Positions 26,360 to 32,000 of a DNA stretch of 32,000 nucleotides are shown here, in pieces (positions within the stretch are counted from its first letter, which is position 1; every line of letters begins with the position of its first letter). The notes under the pieces are model-generated. The model made no database searches. It had not been told where the DNA came from and worked only from the letters and a program-made list of their open reading frames with translations. The position numbers and the translations under genes are program-made. The stretch covers positions 1,080,001-1,112,000 of the forward strand of contig NC_010163.1 in the NCBI RefSeq assembly GCF_000018785.1. The letters are read 5' to 3'. This DNA is from Acholeplasma laidlawii PG-8A. GTDB lineage: Bacteria; Bacillota_I; Bacilli_A; Acholeplasmatales; Acholeplasmataceae.

Positions 26360-26529
26360 CCTTTATCAAAAGATGATATTTTTTTCTTTTGATATTCTGA
26401 AAAAACAACAAGAGCGTATATTCTAGTAACTTTTTCTCTTGTTTTATGGATGACTAAAGTATCTTAATTTATCAAATTTATTCACTTAAACATATTGCCT
26501 TAACCATATTTAATTTTGATTTATACAAT

Positions 26530-26558
26530 TTGATTAATCAAGTGTTTTATGGTAGAAT
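26530..26558 (+). promoter_or_regulatory. Candidate promoter of the sce7726-like gene
   Basis: TTGATT (26530-26535), 17-nt spacer, TGgTAGAAT (-10 at 26553-26558). AAGGAG RBS about 10 nt before the ATG at 26597. Confidence 0.5.
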
Positions 26559-26596
26559 CAATACATTAATAATCGCTAAAAGGAGTTAAAGATATC

Positions 26597-27382
26597 ATGT
26601 TTAATTTAGATACCATCAAAAATTTATATTATGTATATTCTCCTTTAAAATCAAATCGTGAGTTAGAAAAAAATTATATCACAACTACACATAATGAAGC
26701 CCCTTCAAATGTTTCCATTCGAACACATTACAATGATATAATTCTCAAAAATTTTCTAAATGAATCAGTCATAAAGGCAGCTTTTATTCAAAAATATTCT
26801 TTTCAAAAATCGCCAGATTCTAATGTCACAGCATTTGAGATTAATGTAGGTGGTAGTAGAGCTGACCTTTGCTTATTAAATGGTAAGAGTGTAGTATATG
26901 AAATCAAAACTGAATTTGATACATTTAATAGGTTAGAATCTCAACTACTAGATTACAGAAAAACTTTTGAGTATATCTACTTAATTATCCCAAAATCAAA
27001 GTTAGGAGAAGCTCTTAGCTATCTTACACCAAATGACGGCATCATTATCTATTCTCAAAATAGACATCAAAAAATCCTATTTAAAGTTTACAAAGATGCT
27101 ATAATAAATCCTCTAATTGATTCTAGATTTCAACTAGAGCAATTAACCAAAGCACAACTTTATAAACTAACAGGTGAAAAAAATGGTGATAAGAATGTAT
27201 TGGTTGATAATATCTTATCAAGTCACACTGCTGATGAAATTAACAAAATATATATTGATTTCATTAAATTGAAGTTTAAGAAAAGATGGACTTACTTATA
27301 TCATCATAGAAATCATATTAATCCCCTGGATTATCAATGGTTTTTCAAAAACAACATTGACTCAAGCATAATCTATAGATAG
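26597..27382 (+). CDS. sce7726-family-like protein with a PD-(D/E)xK nuclease-fold motif
   Basis: 261 aa. GGSRADLCLLNGKSVVYEIKTEFDTFNRLESQLLDYRKTFEYIYLIIP gives D...ExK spacing typical of restriction-endonuclease-like folds. The resemblance to the NCBIfam sce7726 family is from memory. It is adjacent to a sce7725/Beta_protein-like gene. Confidence 0.55.
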   Translation: MFNLDTIKNLYYVYSPLKSNRELEKNYITTTHNEAPSNVSIRTHYNDIILKNFLNESVIKAAFIQKYSFQKSPDSNVTAFEINVGGSRADLCLLNGKSVVYEIKTEFDTFNRLESQLLDYRKTFEYIYLIIPKSKLGEALSYLTPNDGIIIYSQNRHQKILFKVYKDAIINPLIDSRFQLEQLTKAQLYKLTGEKNGDKNVLVDNILSSHTADEINKIYIDFIKLKFKKRWTYLYHHRNHINPLDYQWFFKNNIDSSIIYR

Positions 27383-27403
27383 TAATTCTATAGATTTTTT
27401 TTT
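27371..27403 (+). terminator. Terminator hairpin shared by the convergent gene ends
   Basis: Perfect 9-bp stem atctataga (27371-27379) / tctatagat (27387-27395), 7-nt loop, then a T-run to 27403. It overlaps both stop codons. Confidence 0.6.
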
Positions 27404-28416
27404 ATTTGCGTCAAATATCTTAACATAGTATAGTAATTCCATATTGCCCAGTTTCCAAATTTTTCTTTCATGTAGTTTTCCTTCATTAGAGCATAGGCCT
27501 TACATTCACCATCAGGATCTAGTTTGTGTTCATATTTTCTAATTAATTGGTCCATGACATATTCAAAACCGCTTGCTCCTTTTTTAGAATCTACATTCAA
27601 AACAGAAAAAAATTGGTTTTGATTGTAGTCAAACATTAAAGATAAGGCTGACCCTTCACCATTGCTACCTGTACTCGGTAAAGCATTTTTATATCCAAGA
27701 TAGTCAGCTACTCCATCAAAATTATATTCATCATAGTTTTTTAAGATGCTGTTATCTATCAAATCTGTAAACACACCATCTTTAAAACTTCTATTTGCTA
27801 TGCTCTCCTTTCTTGGCGAGTGCAGAATTATATTTTGATATTGTCCAGTCCTATTGTTTAAATCTTCAATATCAAAACAGTATGGTTCAATGGATTCTTC
27901 ATTGATATCAAATATGAATAAATCGCTTCGTCTTAATATGTTATCCAAATTAGTAAAGTGTTTTTGAAATTTATCAGCTGCTATTCTTATGGCGATAGTA
28001 TTCGTAAATTTCTGTAGTTCTGTTACAAAATCCACCAATAAGTTGGAGTCATCAAAATACTCTCTAACACCCTTCACCGATATTACTGGCACGCCATAGT
28101 TAGATAGCGCTACTTTTTTCAGCATTTCAAAATATTCTTTGTGAGTAGATTTTCGATTTTCGAACGAGAAAGTTAGTTTTTCGTTATCTTTGTATCTATA
28201 CTCATTCTCAGCGAAAACAAATACATCAATGAAATATTGATAACCAAGATTTTCATCATAGTATTCAAGCAACTCATCAAATGAGTTTACTTTTTTATTG
28301 ATTTTATCAAATATGACTTCTATTATCGGTGCAATATTACCACCAAATAAATCTCTATACTCTGTAAAAATTTTGTTTTCATACATTCTATTTTTCATAA
28401 CTGGCAAATAAATCAT
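27388..28416 (-). CDS. Beta_protein (PF14350-type) / sce7725-family-like protein
   Basis: 342 aa. The N-terminus IYLPVMKNRMYENKIFTEYRDLFGGNIAPIIEVI fits the family pattern Y-x-P-x-x-K-x-[KR]-x-x-E ... P-[LI]-I-E-V. AAGGAGGA RBS. It is the third gene of the HigB operon. Confidence 0.6.
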   Translation of the reverse strand: MIYLPVMKNRMYENKIFTEYRDLFGGNIAPIIEVIFDKINKKVNSFDELLEYYDENLGYQYFIDVFVFAENEYRYKDNEKLTFSFENRKSTHKEYFEMLKKVALSNYGVPVISVKGVREYFDDSNLLVDFVTELQKFTNTIAIRIAADKFQKHFTNLDNILRRSDLFIFDINEESIEPYCFDIEDLNNRTGQYQNIILHSPRKESIANRSFKDGVFTDLIDNSILKNYDEYNFDGVADYLGYKNALPSTGSNGEGSALSLMFDYNQNQFFSVLNVDSKKGASGFEYVMDQLIRKYEHKLDPDGECKAYALMKENYMKEKFGNWAIWNYYTMLRYLTQIKKNL

Positions 28417-28434
28417 TTTAAAATCCTCCTTTTA

Positions 28435-29472
28435 CTATTTTTTTAAGTGATTCATTTCATTGTATTCAATTAATTTATCATGTTGTAAAAAAGACACAAC
28501 AATACCTGGTATTACTTTATTCTTCTTTGAAAAAATAATTATTTCTTCATCACTGAAATTACGTTTTTGAGTAAATTGACTATAAAGTTCCTTATCAATT
28601 AAAAATTCTTTTGCCTGTTTATTCGCCAACTCTTCCACTTCTTGTTCATCATCAAGAGTTATATTGTACTTATCTTTTCGAATATCATTATTTTTAATAT
28701 GTATGAGTTCATGAATCAATGTAAAATAATATCTATCAATTTGCTTATATCTATCAGACAACAAGATAAGCGGTCTTCCATGATAATCCCTAACGGCTCC
28801 ACGTATTTTAGCATTAGGAATTGATTCGTAAAAGACAACTAGTATACCCAATCTATTGGCAAATTTGGTAATGTTTTGTTTAGCAAGTTCAAAATCTTTT
28901 GTGTAGATCAAGTTCTTTATCATGTGAAATTTTCGTAAGAAATTGTCATGATTAAATTCAGGTAAATTTTCAATATCATTTTGCAACTCTATTTCCTGTT
29001 CAGCCAATTTTACCCACAATAATATTGCTTCTCTTGTTCCTCCATCTTCATGGAAACTATATTCTATTTGATTAAATAAACCATCAATTTCTTTTACTGA
29101 TGAAATACCCATTATGCTCAACAATGAGGTGATTTGTTCTTTAACTGACAGTTCCATACCTTTAAATATATGTTTGAGTTGGTATTTTCTAACAATTTCC
29201 ATAGCATCATGGGTGTCATTCGATTCCATTCTTAATAGATGTAATCTATGTGCAACTTCTAGATCCATCCAAAATTCAGCTTTTACTCCTTTGAATACTT
29301 TTTCCAGTTTAAGGGCGAACTCTTCTGTCAATTTAACCTTACCGTTAATTACATTTGAGATATGTCTTTGACTACTCTCAGTGATAGCTGCAAGTTCTTT
29401 TTGAGTAATATTATTTGACTCCATATATTCTTTAAGTATATTACCAGGAGAAACCATAAAATTAAAATTCAT
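28435..29472 (-). CDS. HigA-like XRE-family HTH fused to an ImmA/IrrE (M78) zinc metallopeptidase domain
   Basis: N-terminal SPGNILKEYMESNNITQKELAAITESSQRHISNVINGKVKLTEEFALKLEKVF is a HigA-type HTH. C-terminal FTLIHELIHI provides the HExxH of M78. I prefer the ATG at 29470-29472 (AAAGGA 7 nt upstream) over the TTG at 29493. Confidence 0.8.
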   Translation of the reverse strand: MNFNFMVSPGNILKEYMESNNITQKELAAITESSQRHISNVINGKVKLTEEFALKLEKVFKGVKAEFWMDLEVAHRLHLLRMESNDTHDAMEIVRKYQLKHIFKGMELSVKEQITSLLSIMGISSVKEIDGLFNQIEYSFHEDGGTREAILLWVKLAEQEIELQNDIENLPEFNHDNFLRKFHMIKNLIYTKDFELAKQNITKFANRLGILVVFYESIPNAKIRGAVRDYHGRPLILLSDRYKQIDRYYFTLIHELIHIKNNDIRKDKYNITLDDEQEVEELANKQAKEFLIDKELYSQFTQKRNFSDEEIIIFSKKNKVIPGIVVSFLQHDKLIEYNEMNHLKK

Positions 29473-29489
29473 TATTATATCCTTTCTGC

Positions 29490-29801
29490 TCAATGAGTAT
29501 CAACTATATCGAGTATCAATATCTCATCAATATCATTCTCATCTAGTTTACTTTCATCTGGTACAGTAAAAATAAGACGATAATTTCTAGATAGGTCAAT
29601 CGACCAACAACCTTCGTACTTTCCAGTTAACTTATGTTTCCTGGGAGGAGGATTGTGAGAGATTAGCGATAAATTTCTAACAGCACGTAACTCGGTTAGT
29701 CTAGAAATAAGATTACTATAAAGTGGTGCATAGTACTTTTTTATTAATCTATCATTAGTCAATATTTTTGCCAATTTATTTGTATTGAAATTGATTATCA
29801 C
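29490..29801 (-). CDS. higB: HigB-type toxin (plasmid-maintenance killer protein / RelE superfamily)
   Basis: 103 aa. KHKLTGKYEGCWSIDLSRNYRLIFTV ... ILILDIVDTH matches the HigB (PF05015-type) pattern. GTG start at 29799-29801 with TAGGAGGGG 6 nt upstream. The toxin-first gene order is typical of higBA. Confidence 0.8.
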   Translation of the reverse strand: MIINFNTNKLAKILTNDRLIKKYYAPLYSNLISRLTELRAVRNLSLISHNPPPRKHKLTGKYEGCWSIDLSRNYRLIFTVPDESKLDENDIDEILILDIVDTH

Positions 29802-29827
29802 CTATTGCCCCTCCTATCTACCCTTAC

Positions 29828-29856
29828 ATTATAATTGATTATACATATTAAGTCAA
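29828..29856 (-). promoter_or_regulatory. Near-consensus sigma-70 promoter of the higB operon, with an embedded inverted repeat
   Basis: On the minus strand: TTGACT (29851-29856), 17-nt spacer, TATAAT (29828-29833). TATAAT-ca-ATTATA inverted repeat: its downstream arm ATTATA overlaps the -10 hexamer by 4 nt, the upstream arm lies in the spacer. It is a possible HigA operator. Confidence 0.6.
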
Positions 29857-29896
29857 TATAAATAGTAATTAAGGGTAATATTAATTTTGACATAAA

Positions 29897-29930
29897 TAAA
29901 AGCCTTGAATCTAAATAGATACAAGGCTTT
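29897..29930 (-). terminator. Hairpin insulating the higB operon from flotillin read-through
   Basis: 10-bp stem aaaagccttg (29897-29906) / caaggctttt (29921-29930) with a 14-nt loop and flanking A/T runs. Confidence 0.5.
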
Positions 29931-29989
29931 TACATTAGTGGTTGAAGTTTATTTAAAACCTTATCCCCACTATGAATATAATTCAGATC

Positions 29990-30009
29990 TACATATCCGG
30001 GGAGATTAG
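29990..30009. repeat. Short GC-rich repeat acatatccggggagattag (copy 2, intergenic)
   Basis: See 10098-10122. It is followed by the palindrome attagctaat. Confidence 0.5.
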
Positions 30010-30208
30010 CTAATGATCTCAATTATACTTTGGTTTTTCAATAAAGATTTAAATGTAATTTTAAAGCGTTTTCACAACACAGATATCATTATAACAAACT
30101 TTTTATGTTTTGTTAAGCCATTATCGGTATATTGGTTGTTTTTATCAAGATTATGAAAAAATTGTAAGTTTAGATATGTTTTTGAGTGAATATTGATTAA
30201 AATAATCA

Positions 30209-30241
30209 AACCTGAGCTAAGTTTCAGGCTTAACTCAGGTT
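30209..30241 (-). terminator. Probable terminator of the flotillin gene
   Basis: Stem aacctgag (30209-30216) / ctcaggtt (30234-30241), about 20 nt downstream of the stop at 30261. A T-rich tract follows on the minus strand. Confidence 0.5.
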
Positions 30242-30260
30242 GATTGTTTGATTATTAGTT

Positions 30261-31685
30261 TTACTTTTTATCTTTTTCAGTTTTTGGTTCTACTGGTTTT
30301 GAAGTGAGTTTACCCGATGCATATCCTGCTAACAACGAGGTTAGATCAATACCAGTTGATTCTTGAATAGATGATAAGATTTGAGTGGATGAATTAACGA
30401 TATCTCCAACTAACTTAGTAGAGTTACCATCACCATACATAGTGATTTTATCTACTTTAGCAAGTGGTGATGCTGCAGCACCAACAATCTTAGGTAATAC
30501 ATCAGAATTTAAGATTAATTCTAAGACCGCTGCATCTTCCATTAACTTCATCGCTTCTGCTTTTTTCTCAATCGCTTCAGCTTCTGCAAGACCTACCGCT
30601 TGAATACCCTGTGCACGTTGTTCTTCAGCAAATCTTTGAGCTTCAGCAGCTACTTTAATAGACTCAGCTCGTTTAGCTTCTTCAATATATTTAGCTTCAG
30701 CTTCTTTAGAACGAATATAAAGATCAGCTAAAGCCTTTTGTTCAGCAGCATAGCGTTTCGCATCCGCGTCTTTTCTAACGACTGCATCTAAACGTTTTTC
30801 TTCAACTTCAATTTCTTTTTGTTTTAATTCAATCTCTTTTGTACGTTTAGCAATCTCTGCTTCTTGAATTGCGATATTTACACTCTTAGATTCATTAGCA
30901 CTTTGAATTTGATACGCAGCATCTGCTACCGCTTTTTGTGTATCAGATTTTTGTTTTAAAGCTGATTGACGTAATTCTAAATCTGTATTTTGCTCAGCAA
31001 TTTTTAACTCAGCAGTAATTCTTGCTTCGTTGGCTAATTCTTTTGCTTGCGCTGTTGCAATCTCTACATCTTTTTCAGAGTTTGCACGGGCAATAGAAGC
31101 TTCTTTTCTAATTTGAGTAACATTATCAACCCCAAGGTCTTCAATGACACCATTTTTATCACTAAAGTTTTGAATGGTGATATTAATGATTTCAAGACCC
31201 ATACGGTTCATATCTTGCATTGCAGAGTTATATACTTGTTCTGCAAACTTTTCTCTGTTTTGAACAAGTTCTTTTAACTTCATTTGACCAATGATTTCAC
31301 GCATGTTACCTTCTAATATTTCTTTAGTAACTACACGTATACCTTCTAAGTCTCTAGATAAAAGAATTTGACCAGCTAAACGGATTGAGTCTTCATCTGT
31401 CATAATACGGATGTTTGCTACCCCATCTACAAAGATATTGATAAATTCATTTGTAGGTACAGCAGAATCTGTTTTAATATCTGTTTGAATTAATGATAAT
31501 GGGATCGCATCAATTCTTTCTAAGAATGGAATACGTAATGTACCCTTTCCTATAACTACTCTTGACTTCTTAGGTCCTGTAATAATATATGCTTGGTTTG
31601 GTTTAACCTTAACATAGGATGCTGCAAATAAAACGATCAAAATGACCACAACGGCAATAGATATGCCGATGATGAGTTCTTCCAT
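30261..31685 (-). CDS. floT: Flotillin (SPFH/band-7 domain, FloT/YuaG-like)
   Basis: N-terminal TM helix, SPFH core (VKPNQAYIITGP..., NREKFAEQV), a long Ala/Glu-rich coiled coil, and a C-terminal PLAKVDKITMYG segment like B. subtilis FloT. I prefer the ATG at 31683-31685 (AGAGGGGAAAG RBS). The 23-codon extension in the track is unlikely. Confidence 0.85.
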   Translation of the reverse strand: MEELIIGISIAVVVILIVLFAASYVKVKPNQAYIITGPKKSRVVIGKGTLRIPFLERIDAIPLSLIQTDIKTDSAVPTNEFINIFVDGVANIRIMTDEDSIRLAGQILLSRDLEGIRVVTKEILEGNMREIIGQMKLKELVQNREKFAEQVYNSAMQDMNRMGLEIINITIQNFSDKNGVIEDLGVDNVTQIRKEASIARANSEKDVEIATAQAKELANEARITAELKIAEQNTDLELRQSALKQKSDTQKAVADAAYQIQSANESKSVNIAIQEAEIAKRTKEIELKQKEIEVEEKRLDAVVRKDADAKRYAAEQKALADLYIRSKEAEAKYIEEAKRAESIKVAAEAQRFAEEQRAQGIQAVGLAEAEAIEKKAEAMKLMEDAAVLELILNSDVLPKIVGAAASPLAKVDKITMYGDGNSTKLVGDIVNSSTQILSSIQESTGIDLTSLLAGYASGKLTSKPVEPKTEKDKK

Positions 31686-31818
31686 ATGTACTTTCCCCTC
31701 TTTCGTATGGTTATGTTTTAACACTTTAGAATAATTATACATGAATTTATACATGATTCCTACTCATTCAATAAAAAATTTTACGTAATTTTTATACTTC
31801 AACTTAAGACAACATAAA

Positions 31819-31861
31819 AACCCTATAAACTTGTTAAATAAACATACAAATTTATAGGGTT
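31819..31861 (-). terminator. Terminator of the GlsB/YeaQ-like gene
   Basis: 11-bp stem aaccctataaa (31819-31829) / tttatagggtt (31851-31861). A T-run follows on the minus strand. Confidence 0.55.
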
Positions 31862-31874
31862 ATTTAGTACTTTA

Positions 31875-32000
31875 TTACCTTTTCTTAAGTGCTTTTAAGA
31901 TACTAATAAATACTATAGCGCCTAGAATAGATATAAAAAATCCTGGCCATGAGATATCAGTTGTTGTAAAGTTTTTAAATCCACTTGCAGCCCAGCCTCC
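31875..32000 (-). CDS. GlsB/YeaQ/YmgE-family (transglycosylase-associated) small membrane protein, C-terminal 41 codons (gene starts beyond the window end)
   Basis: Hand translation of the minus strand gives GGWAASGFKNFTTTDISWPGFFISILGAIVFISILKALKKR followed by a stop (TAA at 31875-31877). The glycine-zipper TM and basic tail are typical of the family. Confidence 0.55.
   Translation of the reverse strand, partial: GGWAASGFKNFTTTDISWPGFFISILGAIVFISILKALKKR

Noticed and set aside
26365-26445. Two hairpins in the divergent UvrD-like / sce7726-like intergenic region (tatcaaaaga...tcttttgata at about 26364-26395, and acaagag...ctcttgt at about 26408-26442) as possible riboswitch, sRNA or attenuator
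   Set aside because: They lie upstream of both candidate promoters' transcribed regions (between the two -35 boxes), and I recognised no conserved RNA motif. They could be operator-like inverted repeats, but the evidence is too thin to call.
1-32000. Possibility of a Mycoplasma-type genetic code (TGA = Trp), given the very low GC
   Set aside because: Long family-consistent ORFs are intact under the standard code and several end in TGA (for example 9206, 12652, 14028 and 29490). Code 11 fits, as in Acholeplasma-like lineages.

Overview
Low-GC window read under the standard genetic code. By inference it comes from an Acholeplasma-, Mollicutes- or Erysipelotrichia-like Firmicute. Almost all genes are on the minus strand. 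The layout from left to right is as follows. (1) 1-2298: the edge of a glycan-biosynthesis locus, with a DegT-type aminotransferase, a wHTH regulator and galE. (2) 2683-9766: defence island 1, containing a KTSC protein, HerA and SIR2 (a known SIR2-HerA system), an AbiH-like gene, an overlapping nucleotidyltransferase + Abi_2/HEPN pair, and two small membrane proteins. (3) 10119-23904: a beta-1,3-glucan (laminarin) utilisation locus, with a GH94-like phosphorylase, a phosphohexomutase, a lipoprotein with two GH16 domains, a ROK regulator, a large Big_2/GLUG surface lipoprotein and a sugar ABC transporter. (4) 24153-29801: defence island 2, containing a degenerate UvrD-like protein, a sce7726-like PD-(D/E)xK protein convergent with a sce7725/Beta_protein-family gene, an HTH::ImmA(M78) fusion and HigB. 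(5) 30261-32000: FloT-like flotillin and a truncated GlsB/YeaQ-family gene. The best candidates for undescribed biology are the NTase-Abi_2 pair (possibly together with the adjacent 2-TM and 5-TM proteins) and the HigB / HigA::M78 / Beta / sce7726 cluster. Both islands are bracketed by related terminator-containing intergenic repeats. I saw no integrase, transposase, CRISPR array, tRNA or rRNA. All family calls rest on motif recognition by eye; no database search was run.
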